From Eledone cirrhosa (taxonomy: Eukaryota), in assembly GCA_964016885.1 (NCBI GenBank), contig OZ024743.1, positions 180,172,001 through 180,236,000 on the forward strand: DNA of 64,000 nucleotides, written 5' to 3'. The first letter of the stretch is position 1. The number at the start of each line of letters is the position of its first letter. The position numbers and the translations under genes were made by a program. Positions 27,850 to 41,686 of this stretch are shown piece after piece. Below the pieces are notes generated by a model. It was not told where the DNA came from and made no database searches. It saw only the letters and a program-made list of their open reading frames with translations.

Positions 27850-28784
27850 GCAATATCGTAATTCCTCATTCAATGACAATACACGGATCCTAATTCTTTA
27901 GTCATGTAGTTTGCAAGGAATTCTAAAGCCGCAAATTTACTGCATGGTGTTACTTTGGAAGAATATGCAGGCATTCCCGGGTACCTCTGCTATATAAAGT
28001 AGTATAAGTGAGGATTGTTGGGTAGAAATAGCAGCCAAATTTCCTTCAAATCCCACCTTACTTTCTCAGGTATGTATATATGTATGAAGCAAAAAGGAAT
28101 GGTTCTATGTGATAACTCGATCTACTAGAAATATTAGTAAAATCCATTTCAAATCACAAACAACTGTCATACACACATACATGTGTGTGTATGTATCTAT
28201 GTATGTCATGTGAGCCACTATAACTGTTGGTATAGCTAATATAAATAGAAAACAAATCTCCCTCAAACAAGATCCTACTGACATAGAGACAAAGATTGGT
28301 GAAAGCTACAGTGTATAAATTTAAATACACTTTCCCCGAATTACAGAAATGAGTATAAATGCTTCATTCAATCATAAGCCAATGCTAAATTTATTTTCTT
28401 ATTTTATTTATGGTTTTTAAAATAGTCTTTACATGTTGTTTGAATTTCAGAGGTTCAGATTGAGCAAAAAAAAAAGAGAGAAGGAAAAGGATAAATAAAA
28501 AAAAATCTAAATGTATTTTTTGGGTCATGCCCTTTTTACTGACAAAATACCTAATGATTATTCTATGAGTAAAGCATTATATATACTGACATATAGGGAG
28601 CAGTATTCAAAAAGACACCACTGGAAAAAAAATAATATTTTTATCTAGATGATTTACTTTGACCAAACGGCAATAAATATTCTGCTTAAAATTCAGCAAT
28701 CATATTTGGTTAAAATTCAGCAATCATATTTGAATGGTCAAATATTTTGTAATGCGTGCCAAATATATTGTAACTTTCATACAA

Positions 28785-28814
28785 TACCCGGGTATCACCG
28801 GGTAGCTCAGCTAG
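28785..28814 (+). terminator. Helitron 3' terminus (hairpin + CTAG)
   Basis: TACCCGG-gtatca-CCGGGTA hairpin, 6 nt, then CTAG followed by T, the canonical Helitron 3' end. The 5' TC end was not located. Confidence 0.75.
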
Positions 28815-29603
28815 TATACATATATATAAATATATCAAAGTACATAGTAGCATAAAAGGAAAATTAACTTATATCGAAAATGTTATTGTATGATAAAAGA
28901 TAGAATTTTATACCAGTATATTTCGTGAAATTTTATTTTAATTCTATATAATTGAGACTGAAAATATAATTACAAGTTAATCAAATATTTACATTTTAAT
29001 ATTTTTATTTGTATGCTTTAAATAGAATTTTGATAATAACAATAATGAGATATTTCAACAAAAGAAAATCTTCTCAAATGAATTATTGTGTATTTTATAT
29101 TATTAGACAATTATAGTTTTATATTATTAGACAATTATAGTCGGTTTATAATTTTTAAGTTTGAAGCATAAAGAAAACGCAAAAAGAAAACGTTTAGATG
29201 ATGCCTTCTTCAGTTTAGTGAAATTGTATAAGGTAAGATCAAGCCTCCAGTTAATCTCGCTTCACACAAACATGAAACATTACTTATGTATCAGGTAAAA
29301 GGACAAGTTTTTATTTGATATAAAAGATTATTTATGTATAAGATACGGGAGCACTGCTTCAGTTAATATGAAACGTTACTCATGAATAAGGTAACAGAGC
29401 TTAGTATGTCTCCAGACCAATAACCTAACAAAATGTAACAAAGAAGCCCCTACCATCAATAGTTGGATTCCGTTTATTTGGGAAGGGCCTGACTTTCCGA
29501 TATTGTAAGGTAAATGAAATGGAACGGAATACTAGGGATCATTTCGAGCGACTCTCGTTTCTTGCAGAATTGATTTATCCATAAACTTGGTGCTATTTAA
29601 CTG

Positions 29604-29954
29604 TAAAGGTATAGGTAGAGACTGCATTCGGTCATGAATGACCATGGGTTTTGCATCTAGAAATTTCTCCTCCGAGGCACAAAGTCTTGGCAAGGTGTTT
29701 TGGTAGAAGATCAGCAAACGCCCATGCATGCATGCCTCCTCTCTCCATGCCACTGATGTTGTCCAGGGAAAAGGCAAAAGCTGATACAGCTTGGAACCAG
29801 TGACATCGCTACTCAATTCTACAACTGAGTAAACTCGAGTAACTTGAAACAGTGTATTGATCAAAGACAAAACATAGCACCAGGTCCCCGAATCGAACTC
29901 ACAACCTGACGATTGTACACCTAACGTTCTAACGACTAAGTCGTATGCCTTCAC
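29604..29954 (-). mobile_element. tRNA-derived SINE (second family, ~350 bp)
   Basis: Minus strand: GTGAAGGC head, A-box-like segment, GTTCGATTC B box, core GTCTTTGATCAATACACT; related to 61420-61536. Confidence 0.75.
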
Positions 29955-32900
29955 GTCTAACTGTACCTATCGAGTTAAAAGAGAATCTAACATTCTCTAA
30001 CTCGTATATAGATTTTGAGTGGAATTTCTGCGAGCTCTTAAAATATGTGGAATCATAATGACATATAACTGAACTAAATGTGACATATTTCAGGATTTTA
30101 CTGAAACTGTGGGGATTAATAAAAACCCAGTTGGAACCTGAACTTGTAATTACATAATAAACGGAATGTATGAGACAAACATTCGCGTCATGTATACCTT
30201 AAAATTCATCTTGAAATACAACCTCTGGGAGCTTAGATTAAAGCACGTCTGCTCTACAATGAATTACATTATTTTGAAATCATTCTTATTTCCCACAAGC
30301 AAACGATAGTTTAACAGGATTGTACGAAATATAAAGGAAGAAAGTAATTATGAAAAATCTTCACTCAAAGCTCACTGAATAACATCTATAATTTCTATTG
30401 AAATGCAATCTATTCTGAATGTTATAACGTTTGAAAGGCAGGATGTATGAAAGTGGAATTACAAAATATATTCATAGAAACATTATAATTAAACGTTGTC
30501 AGTTTCCTTAGATCTAAAGTCAGGGAGCTGTTTTATTTTTGCCAATGACTGTGAGGGAAAGGATATTCCGTGAAGGGCACTGTCAAATCAATGATGAATG
30601 TTTAATATGAACTCTATGCTTGTAAAGCCTTCTAATGTATATGGCATAGTACCACAGTGAACAGAAGCGGCGTTTTTTAATCCTTTCATTATGTTTAATA
30701 CAACACTGCTAGCTAATGAACTGTTCAATATCTTCTAGTTCAATTACATTGAGACCTGAGAGAAACCAGCATTCTAATCTCGCGTTGATTTCTTCAAACC
30801 GCCATATGCCGAGCGTTTAATATGTTTGCTTTGCTATCATAATGTGCCAAGTTTTCTTCCACGGCCTGGAATCTTGGGCCCTTTTCTTTTACCATACATT
30901 CTTTTTTCCCTAGACTTATCAGTGAAAAGGGGTAGCTGGATCATGTGTGAAAGCCCGTTGGATGGACTGAATCTATAAATTCTAAGATGAAGTGATATCA
31001 AACACACATTGCCATGCTGATAACACTTGAGGATTACTCTAGCATCATTTGCATATATTTTCACTGGGTACGTAGTAGTTTCACTACGCGAGGGTCCATC
31101 AATCTGAGCATGTTTCAGTTAAAAAAGTAGTTCCAATTAAAATATATTTTGATGCACTCTTTAAAAATTACCTTTAATTATATCAACCCCCCCCCCCCCA
31201 CCAATGCATTATCCTCTGTCTCTCTCCATCTGTAATCCAGATATTTTGGATGTAACTTTCTTAAATAAAACATGTCCACTGTGATTAGTTGATATTATCG
31301 TAGTTTAATCTGTTGAAGCAATCTCTGCTTGATAGTAAAAAAGAAGACAATGTTTGTTTTGTAATAATAAAATGATACTGAAAGATTTCTGGTTTTCAAT
31401 ACCAGATTGTGGATTGCATGAAACATTCACTTTATTACGAACATTCCTATTTATTGTATTTTCTATTCCAATTTTAATGTCTTTCTCGTACTTGTAATTC
31501 CTCGAAGTTTTTCAGTCAATGATAAGCTATTGTTTAACATTACGGTAATCACTTAATCGATGCCAAAATAGAAAATAGACGAAAGAAGAAAGATTTAAAA
31601 GTGTTAATTTAAAGAATAGTCGATAAAATTGCACATAGGTATTCTTATGTATGACGCAATTCTTGTTTTAATGGTTCAATGTAATTGCTATAATAAAAAT
31701 ATATTCACTACTAAACTTAACACTTCTCATGTAAGCTACTGGCACTGAAAATGGCAATCATATCAACAAAGTTGTTTAAGTGGTGTTGTTCTACTATAGA
31801 GCGTGTATTTTGTACAATCATACATATCACCCAGCCAACACACATCAGCAAGTCGTCTGATTTTTATTCAAGAAGTATCAATGATTATAATAGTTTCTTC
31901 CTACATATTCCTTGAACTTCTTATATAACTTCAATGATTTTTCAGACGCATGCGAAAGATGTTTTCCTTATTTGCCTTGATTTTCTGATAATATGCGGTT
32001 ATATCTATATCTGAATATAGATATATCCGATATATTACAGGGTTTCTACAGGGACATATATTCATATTGGGAGAATTATTTCTAACCGGATAGTTACAGT
32101 TATATGTATTGATTTTTATCAATAATCCGATAAAAGAATCAGAAACACAGGAGAAAAGCAGATATATATCTACATGAAAAACAAAACGACAACAAAAAAT
32201 GAAAGAAAATTGTGTAGCACAGACTACTTACCGATTGTAAAGAGGTGAAATCTACTACAGTCATGGTTACAAAACATAACTTGTAGTTTACGCAACACAA
32301 TATGTTTTTATGAATATATCTTTAATATTTTTATATCATCTATGCTTCGTTGGCTCTCGTCCAGTCCTTCGATAATTGGGAAAGCTATCGTCACAGAGTT
32401 TCCGAGTGTGTGCATATTTATAGAACCATATGTATGAAAATAAATTTATTTCTGTGTAGAAATATATATAAACATTCAAATCGACTGTTGACATGATATC
32501 CATTGAGGTCTCATTGATAACACATAAAGATACACACCACAATATTTTCGATTCAATGCATCGAATTCTCTCTATGCAATCTTCAGTGAGATGGCAAATA
32601 TTCTGAAGCAAATGCTAGAATTCTGTTCATACTAAAATACCCATCAATAAACCCAAATGCTTGGGCAAATCCTTCAAATACTTTTCAAGACGAATGATCA
32701 CAGGAATGTATGAAATAGCAGCATATGAATATATAAGATACATCTGATTCCTTTGATGGATCAGCAGTATATTTGTTACATTGTTATTACACATGGTGTG
32801 ATAGGTTGAGCTGCGGTTTATGGCTCTAAACATTGATATTCAGTTCACATTGAGCAATGAATACGTGAAGCAGGTGTTCATATTTTGTGCGAAATTCGAG

Positions 32901-33045
32901 ACAGGGATCAAATGATCGCTCAACTCCCACACATAAGACATGTGAATATGATACAAGATTGTTTTAAATAACGTTTCTACTCACAATGCTTCTCCGTTAG
33001 ACACTTTGGAATGAAGATCAGCACCACCCTGATGTAAAAAGTTTG

Positions 33046-33363
33046 ATATATATAAATAAATATAAATATATATATAAATATATATAAATATATATATAAA
33101 TAAATATAAATATATATATATATAAATATAAATATATATATATATAAATATATATATAAATAAATATAAATATATATATAAATAAATATAAATATATATA
33201 TAAATAAATATAAATATATATATAAATAAATATAAATATATATATATATAAATATAAATATATATATATAAATAAATATAAATATATATATAAATAAATA
33301 TAAATATATATATAAATAAATATAAATATATATATAAATAAATAGAAATATATATATAAATAA

Positions 33364-33410
<47 letters not shown>

Positions 33411-33706
33411 AATATATATATATATATAAATAAATATATATATATATATATATATATACATAAATATATATATATATAAATAAATATATATATATATAAA
33501 TATATATATAAATAAATATAAATATATATAAATAAATATAAATATATATAAATAAATATAAATATATATATAAATAAATATAAATATAAATATAAATAAA
33601 TAAATATAAATAAATAAATAAATATATATATATATATATATAAATAAATATATATATAAATAAATATATATATATATGTATATATAAATAAATAGATATT
33701 TATATA
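33046..33706. repeat. (TA)n/(TAAA) compound microsatellite
   Basis: Direct reading. Confidence 0.95.
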
Positions 33707-34837
33707 TAGAAGTGGTTACACAGCTGTTAGTTCACCATACCGAGAACAATTGTTTCACCTTAGCGGATCCTCAGCTCTTAATGGACATGGTTATACGTAA
33801 CTGCAAGGACAACCGTACGAACGCGCATGCGCAGAAACCGTCACTTCCGTCAGGCAACACTAAATTGCGTGCGAGAGGTGTAAGGGAGATAACTGCGAAA
33901 GTCCGAAAGTTTTTAGTTGATAAGAAAATTAGGATGTTGTTGTAATTGAATCCCGAGCTTTGTAGTTACGTATGAGGTGTTTCCAGACATGTGGACAACG
34001 TGTGGAGAATTCAAAACTTGAGTTTAGGCAATCGCTATTGCGTAATCTCTTTAGAATATTTATTCGTTCATCAATACATAGTCCACACGACAGATTGCCC
34101 CTTGCGTATGGCTTGGACTTAGTGATGGCTTTCCATTGAATGGAGTAGTCTATACTTGAGTCCTTGAGGGAACATACGTGGCTCGCGAGTTTCGTGGATG
34201 AACGTCTGTCCGGGTACCTAAAGGTCGACTGGTGGTTAAGGAAGTGTTCCTTAAATCGGCCCTCCACCATACCCACATAGGATCTGACCTCCTGTGGTTG
34301 ATTTGGTCGGTTGGAAGTGACCACAGCTTCATAAATGATAGCGAGTTGGTTGCATTGCTGTTGAAGGGACAAGTTTCGGGCTTACGGCAAGAGCACCCTG
34401 GTGGGGTGTTTCTCTTAGGGCTGTTGGTGATGTGGTCCTTCATGTTCTTAGCGCAGGAGTATCATAGTTTTACTTTGTGTCGGTTAAAGATGGAGCGGTA
34501 TTTATGACCCATGCCAAGGTGTCTATCTAAGGGGGCTAGAAATTGTTTGCCTACATTGGTTTTAACGTTGAGTGAGAAGGGAGGAGAGAACAAGATAGTT
34601 TGTCTATTGTTGCGCTTTGTTTTCTTATTGCTGTTGTTGTTAGTGGGAGAGTAAGTGATAGCTTGCGAGAAGCCGCTTTTAGCTAACGCCGTGTTATAGT
34701 AGGGTGCCGCTCTGTCAAAGATAGCCTTATTAGAAGAGAGGTTCGAGATTCTAACTTGTGTAACCACTCCTACCTAACTCGTCCTCTGGACTGAGTGCTC
34801 TACCACTACAGATATTCCCTTCCAGTGTTCTACCACT
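33707..34837 (-). mobile_element. 5'-truncated Penelope-like element (family E): thumb + GIY-YIG, pseudo-LTR and inverted tail
   Basis: ORF pieces PPFSLNVKTNVG, CSCRKPETCP, IIYEA...YVGM and CGLCIDE, homologous to 41027-41686. TAG(A/G)AGTGGTTACACA at about 33707 is inverted at about 34757-34772. Confidence 0.8.
33742..33777 (-). ncRNA. Minimal type I hammerhead ribozyme (U-U at base of stem II)
   Basis: gag CUGAGGA u cc gcuaa gg u GAAAC aauu GUU cuc; stem III region is palindromic (AACAAUUGUU). Confidence 0.65.
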
Positions 34838-34860
34838 ATATATATATATATATATATATA

Positions 34861-35286
34861 CAAGTACAATAACAACAAACACATATAAACAGACTAGTGA
34901 ACAAAATACGAAAACAAAAACACATACACTCAAAAGCGAACACACACACAAAACATTATACACACGCAAACGCATGCGCAAAGACAGAGACAAGAAGAAA
35001 TAAATAAATTAATTAAAATGAAAATGGCGTAGAATACAATATAGTACGAGGAACATAATAGTTTCCACTGATGATGTTACAGGTGTGCAACGAAAGAACT
35101 TTGATAGAATATATATATCCATTTATATATGTATATTTAACCGCTGGTCAATCAATGATAAACATTGATGGCCAAACAAATTAACTGTGGTGATAAAAGA
35201 TACAGAACCGAAAACCAACCAAACACTGAGTATGTTCTGTTATTATTTCTGGCAATATTACAATATGACCCTCCCCAAGTATAACA

Positions 35287-35290
<4 letters not shown>
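34861..35290 (+). mobile_element. Solo pseudo-LTR of Penelope-like family C, with hammerhead motif at 35063-35106
   Basis: Homologous to 63660-64000; CUGAUGA u guu..aac GAAAG aa CUU; ends ATGACCCTCCCCAAGTATAACAATAT in (TA)n. Confidence 0.7.
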
Positions 35291-35365
<75 letters not shown>

Positions 35366-35628
35366 CGTGTGCGCGTGTGTGTATGTATCTATGTATATGT
35401 ATGTATATATATATATATATATTTCGTTTCTGAATTTGTTTAGCAAGATTATTTATCTGAAAACATGTGTTGAAACCGATATTGTTATACTTTCGGAGGG
35501 TCATGTTGCCAATAAGAAACACACGCACCAGATGCATTCACTTCAATTTATTATAATAAATTTATAAATTTAGGAATTTATAAATTTCCGGTTGGTTGGT
35601 TCCACAACCAGATGATTGTTTATATATT

Positions 35629-35671
35629 GTCAAAGTTCTTTCGTCACACATTCTGTGACCTCTTCAGTGAC
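35629..35671 (-). ncRNA. Type I hammerhead, family C pseudo-LTR
   Basis: guca CUGAAGA g gucac agaaugu gugac GAAAG aa CUU ugac. Confidence 0.7.
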
Positions 35672-37587
35672 TGAGGATTATTTTCTTTGTTTTTGGGCCA
35701 CTCCTTTGTTCTGTCCTACGCCATCTTGTTTGTGTGTGTGTGTTGTGTGCTTAGTTTGCGCATGTGTTATATCCGGGTGTCTGTGTGTGTTTATATTCGT
35801 TTATTTATTTGTTTATTTACATGTTACTGGTTGGTTGTTTGTTCTATGTGCGTGTATGATTTCATTTTGTCCTTAATTGTAAGTTTTGATGATGCTGTTC
35901 CATTCCTGTTTTCTATTTAATTTTGGTTGGAGTTCATTTATGTTTATTGCCTCTGTGATTTGTCTAAACATTGCGTCTTTTCTGTGTGTAGATTCTATTT
36001 TTATTTCTATGTTCTCTAATTTACCCTTATGTTCTATTTTAGCATGTTGGTAGAGTACAGATGATTCTTTACTATCTTGAAGGTCTCGCCAGTGTTCATT
36101 TATCCGTTCCCCTATACTACGAGCTGTCTCACCTATGTACACTATATTTTTATCTCTACATTGTCCTTCAGTACATCGTATGCTATATACTACATCTCTA
36201 GTTTTAAAGTTAATATGGGGGTTTAATTTACAGATTATACATTTCTTATCTATACAGGGAGGTCTTTGAAAAGGGTATGTATTGCTAATAAATGTTTTTA
36301 TGGAGGTACCTGATCTTTCTACTATCTTAATATTGAGTTTATGTTTATCTAGGGCCCTTCTAAATTTGTAAGCTAATTCACCTCTAGGGGTTGTATCGAT
36401 GAACATTACACTCTGGTATTTATTGCTATCATACCATGAGTTTATTCTATTAGCCTTATTCCTAGTTCTTTCTATTCTATTCCAAAATTTGCTCCTATAC
36501 AAGGGGCAGGTCCCATTTGTGTCATTATTTACCATTTTTTCCCATTTGGTTCTGGCTCCTCTATATACTCTTATTTTATCTCTCTGATTGCAACCAGAGA
36601 ACTGCATACGGTGGATGAAGTGTTGTATGTGTCTCTCTAGTTCTTCGGGGTTGCACATGCGGGACACGTTTCTCACGTTTACTACGATGTTTATATCATC
36701 AGCGTAGCGGGAGTACATTGTCAGGGTTAAGGGGTCTTCTAATGGTTCTTTAAGTTTAAGCTTAAGTCTACTGTCCCACCATACCATGATTAGGTTAGCT
36801 ATGTCGCCTGCAATGCTAACACCAATGGCTGCTCCCTCCTCTTGGGCATATGTTTTTCAATTAAATTTGAACATATGTTCCTTAAGGGTTAATTCTATGC
36901 TGGCCCCCACCGCATGTGCAATCATTTTCTTTAGTTCGTCGTGGTTTTCGGGGTCCGTATGGCTCTGGTCCAACCGTTCCATCTATCTGTGTGCATTTTA
37001 TTGGCCATTGAAGTAATGGTAGGTAGTCTGCCTCTTGCTGGTCTGCTGGTCTTGTAGGGCACAGCTTGCTAAGGCCATAAGTATCTAGATAATTATTACT
37101 ATAGGTAAGTTTAAGTAAGAGTCCCAGCTCACTGGTATCAATCCCACGGAATTCAACATTGCTCTCACTGATCATTTCTACGCATGTCTCCACAGCAAAA
37201 TCCACGTCAATAGATGGATACAGGGAAACAACATCCATACTACCTATTATGCAGTTTGTTAGGTCCCTAGATCGGTTACCCACGCCGATTCTGCTGAGGA
37301 GGTCATCCGTGCTGTCACATACATCTGGGGACATATCAATGATGGGGCGTATGATCAGGGAGAGGAAGTAGGAAAGTCTGTAGTTACTAGCAATGTTAGC
37401 TCCACAGACTCGCCGTGTTGGTGGTCCTGTGACAGGGTCACTGCTCGTTTTATGCTCTTTCGAAGCCCATACAACGGTGGCACGTCATTGTTCCAGGCCT
37501 GGAAGTTGTTGGCAGTCCCTTTGTTGGGCTGCATTATATTTGTCCACATAATCATATAAGGCACAAAAACAAAGAAAAGAATCCACA

Positions 37588-37630
37588 GTCACTGAAGAGG
37601 TCACAGAATGTGTGACGAAAGAACTTTGAC
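37588..37630 (+). ncRNA. Type I hammerhead, inverted family C pseudo-LTR
   Basis: Reverse complement of 35629-35671. Confidence 0.7.
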
Positions 37631-37772
37631 AATATATAAACAATCATCTGGTTGTGGAACCAACGAACTGGAAATTTATAAATTCCTAAATTTATAAATT
37701 TATTATAATAAATTGAAGTGAAAGCAACTGGTGCGTGTGTTTCTTATTGGCAACATGACCCTCCCAAAGTAT

Positions 37773-37805
<33 letters not shown>

Positions 37806-37807
<2 letters not shown>

Positions 37808-37867
37808 AGTCCAGAATTAGCCTTCGAAACGGCTTGAGCTCAGCCGTCGGGGTCCTACTCGTTCCTA
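37806..37867 (+). repeat. ~60-bp tag holding the 3' half of a hammerhead (also at 46913-46971 minus and 61666-61776)
   Basis: GAAACGGCT-TGAGCTC-AGCCGTC-GGGG forms GAAA, stem III and GUC; no CUGANGA present. Confidence 0.55.
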
Positions 37868-37902
37868 TATATATATATATATATATATACGTATGTATAT
37901 TC

Positions 37903-37941
<39 letters not shown>

Positions 37942-37993
37942 AATATATATATATATACATAAATATATATATATATACATACATATATGTAAG

Positions 37994-38027
<34 letters not shown>

Positions 38028-38111
38028 CATACATATATGTAAGTATATATATATATATATACATACATACATATATGTAAGTATATATATTTATATATAT
38101 ATATATTTATA

Positions 38112-38153
<42 letters not shown>

Positions 38154-38307
38154 CATACATATATGTAAGTATATATATTTATATATATGTATATTTATAT
38201 ATTTATATATATATATATTTATATATATATATATATATATATTGGTAAGCGGAATAGATAATGCTGACAAATTGTTCACAGTTGAACAATAATGTAATAT
38301 ATTCATT

Positions 38308-38385
<78 letters not shown>

Positions 38386-38454
38386 GATATTTATATATAT
38401 AAATATATCTATATATATATATATATATAAATATATATCTGAGACTTTTACTTC

Positions 38455-38489
38455 CCTCCGAAGAAGAGACATTATCTCGAAAATTAAGG
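38455..38489 (+). ncRNA. Degenerate minimal hammerhead (U4C) in a 170-bp island within (TA)n
   Basis: ccu CCGAAGA a gaga cauua ucuc GAAA au UA agg. Confidence 0.45.
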
Positions 38490-38613
38490 ACATTTAAATA
38501 AATTCAAGGTGAAAGACGAATTCTCATCAATATCTCTCACTATTGCATTCTTTTTTCTATGTCCATATCTGCATTGTCTTGGCCTTATTACACATATTCT
38601 AACGTGTATATAT

Positions 38614-38680
<67 letters not shown>

Positions 38681-38690
38681 TATATATATT

Positions 38691-38753
<63 letters not shown>

Positions 38754-38770
38754 AATATATAAATATATAT

Positions 38771-38872
<102 letters not shown>

Positions 38873-39001
38873 GGAAAGTTATATTTAAATTGTTGGGTTA
38901 CAACTAGTAAATATTTATAACTGATATAAAAGCACTCGACAAGTATTTGGAGTATATTTACAATATTAAATAAATGGAAACTATATTTATAAAACCATAT
39001 T

Positions 39002-39067
39002 TATTTCATTATATATATTTCAGGGATATCATATTAACAATATGCTATGCCTTCCTCAGACAAAATA
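39002..39067 (-). ncRNA. Type I hammerhead, family D inverted pLTR
   Basis: Reverse complement of the 43024-43089 motif. Confidence 0.75.
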
Positions 39068-39483
39068 CAATATAAACAGTTTTATAGATAAATAGATTCG
39101 ACATACCGTAACAATATCGACTTGTATTTGAAAAAGTTGAATTGGCAGTGAAAAAATTGTACACAGAGAGAAAGAAAGAGAGAAAAAAAAGGAAAGAAAG
39201 ACAGAAAACGAAGAAAAAGAAGAAAAAGAAGAAATGCATGGAACAAAATAGAGAGATGGAATTATATTGTTAATATGATATCCCTGAAATATATATAATG
39301 AAATAAATATGGTTTTATAAATATAGTTTCCATTTATTTAATATTGTAAATATACTCCAAATACTTGTCGAGTGCTTTTATATCAGTTATAAATATTTAC
39401 TAGTTGTAACCCAACAATTTAAATATAACTTTCCATGTATCTTGCTCCAATACTGTTGAGCGCTTTATATTATAACTGGAAAA

Positions 39484-41686
39484 ATGGAATTCTTTAAGAT
39501 TACTTCCTCTTTAAAAGGCATACCTCTACCTAGAAACAAAGACTTTATAAAACAATTAATAGATAAATCTGACTCTTTTATAAGGAGAATCAGGTGGCGA
39601 GCATTCCACTTTGATAAATCTAATATAAATGAAAATGTCTCGGACTTAAACAAAGTTTTCAAATCTAAAAGAAATCCACCCCCTAACAAACTTTTATATG
39701 ACTTTGAAAACGATATAATTTCTATCATACAAGGGATCAAATTCAAGAGAAACTTCAAAGGCCAGGAATATCTGAAAGGCATTAAGGATAACATTGAGAG
39801 CTTAGAGAAAACTGAGAAGATCTTGGTGAAATCTGACAAGACCAACAACCTCTATGGAGTGCAGAAAGACATGTATAATGGCCTCATACTGAAAGAGCTG
39901 AGGAAAAAGTACAAGGTAGCAGATAAGGCCGAGCTTGAGAAAATGAATGTCGAAGCATCTTGTATAATGCACGTGTGGGAAATTGAGAACAGAACACAAC
40001 CTTTCGTGCCCAGGAAACCGAAGATCAATATGAAAGATCACAAGAGGAATTTTGAAAATGACTTGCCAGTTAGATTGATCGCACCATCAAAATCGGACCT
40101 GGGCAAATTAAGCAAAAACATTCTTGACAGGGTGATACAGCAAATTAAGAACTTGGATTGTTTATCTAACCTGAGCTTGTGGAAGGGAACTGGAGAGGTT
40201 GTTGAGTGGTTTAAGCAAATTAAATATAACAATAATAATAAGTTTATTCAACTTGATATAGCTAACTATTATTCTTCTATACCCCTAATCTACTAAGTAA
40301 GGCACTAAATTACGCATTCAAACATACTGACCTAACTAGCAATGAAATGCATATTATATTATCGGCTAGGAAAACTTTGATAGAATTTAATGACCAACTA
40401 TGGACCAGAGCAGATAGAGATAGCAATTTTGACATTACTATGGGATCATCAGACTCAGCTCAGGTAACTGACCTTGTGGGCTTATTTTTAATCAATTCGC
40501 TACATAGGAAAATACCTGGAGGTTTATATAGAGATGACATGCTTTTACTTATTGATAATAATAACTCTGAACTAAATAGAAAATGTAAACAAATTACACA
40601 ATTTTTTAATTACTTTAATCTTAAAATAGAAATTGAGAACAACCATAGAATAGTCAATTTCCTAGATATAACATTAAATCTCAACACATGTCTTCACTAT
40701 CCTTTTCACAAGTTGAATGAAAACTTAAACTATGTCAACTTTAACTCTAACCACCCCAGATCTGTCAAAAACACTATAGTAAACTCTGTTCAAAAACGTA
40801 TCTCTAGGATCTCGTCGAATAGAAAGATTTTCGACGAAAAATCCCAATACTACAATGAAGCATTAGCTAGAGCAGGATATGCTGATAAGATTGTGTACAT
40901 AGATAATGATAGACAAACTAAACAAAATAACAACTATTTTAATGACGGCAACAACCTTAACAACTATAATAGAAAGCATTACAATAATTCCAAAGGCCAA
41001 AAAAGAAATAGAACTAGGAACATAATTTGGTTTGCCCCCCTTTCTCACTAAACATTAAAACCCACATCGCTAAACTATTTTTTAAAGCTCTTGATAATCG
41101 CTTCCCTAGAACACATAGGTATCACTCAATTTTCAATAGACATACAATAAAATTAACCTACTCATCCACCAAAAATTTAGCACAAAATATTAATAGAATA
41201 AATAATAGGAACTTAAGACCTAGTGATAATAGCATAAATAATATACAAGTTAACAAATGTAACTGTAGAGATAGATCTAAATGTCCGTTAAATAACAACT
41301 GCTTAGTTAAAAATATAGTATACAATTGTAATGTTAATACTGACTCTAATTCTTTTAACTACGTCGGTTCCACATCGACGGAATTTAAACTTCGCTATAA
41401 TAACCACAAGAATTCTTTCACAGATCCAAGCAAAAAATCTTCAACGGCACTATCAGGCGTACTCTGGCAACTTAAGCTAGATAACGTTAGATATTCGACG
41501 GCTTGGAATATAGTCTCAAGAGGGATTCCTTTTAATTCATCCTCTGAGACATGTGACCTCTGCGCAGAGGAGATATTCTTTGTACTAAAATCTAAAAATT
41601 CCCTTAATCTACGGACAAATTTATTCAGTTGCTGCAAACATAGATTAAACTCAACGTTTAAATATAAATTTAAATTTAAAATGTAG
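39484..41686 (+). pseudogene. PLE reverse transcriptase + C-terminal GIY-YIG endonuclease, two frameshifts
   Basis: KSDKTNN, KDHK..F....PVRLI, LDIANYYSSI, MGSSDSAQVTDLVG, GLYRDD, NFLDITL, YVNFNSNHP, CNCRDRSKCPLNNNC, IVYNC...YVGST, CDLC..E. Shifts fall at C/T homopolymers near 40285 and 41040. Confidence 0.9.

Larger units (their letters stand above)
35423..37780 (-). mobile_element. Penelope-like element family C copy 1: decayed RT + GIY-YIG, 3' pseudo-LTR (35423-35870) and inverted pseudo-LTR (37559-37780)
   Basis: SMDVVSLYPSI, RYADD, CIDKKCIIC, VVYSIRC...YIGETARS..ER..EH; internal deletion at about 36675 relative to the 62269 copy. Confidence 0.85.

Noticed and set aside
30500-31120. Remnant DNA transposase (CxxH-like ILKCYQH on the minus strand)
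   Set aside because: One short motif, many stops and no terminal repeats seen; not supportable without a homology search.
35140-35180. SECIS element in the PLE 3' region
   Set aside because: The stem is too short, the AUGA/GA quartet is not conserved in the 63961 copy, and the ORFs show no conserved in-frame UGA.
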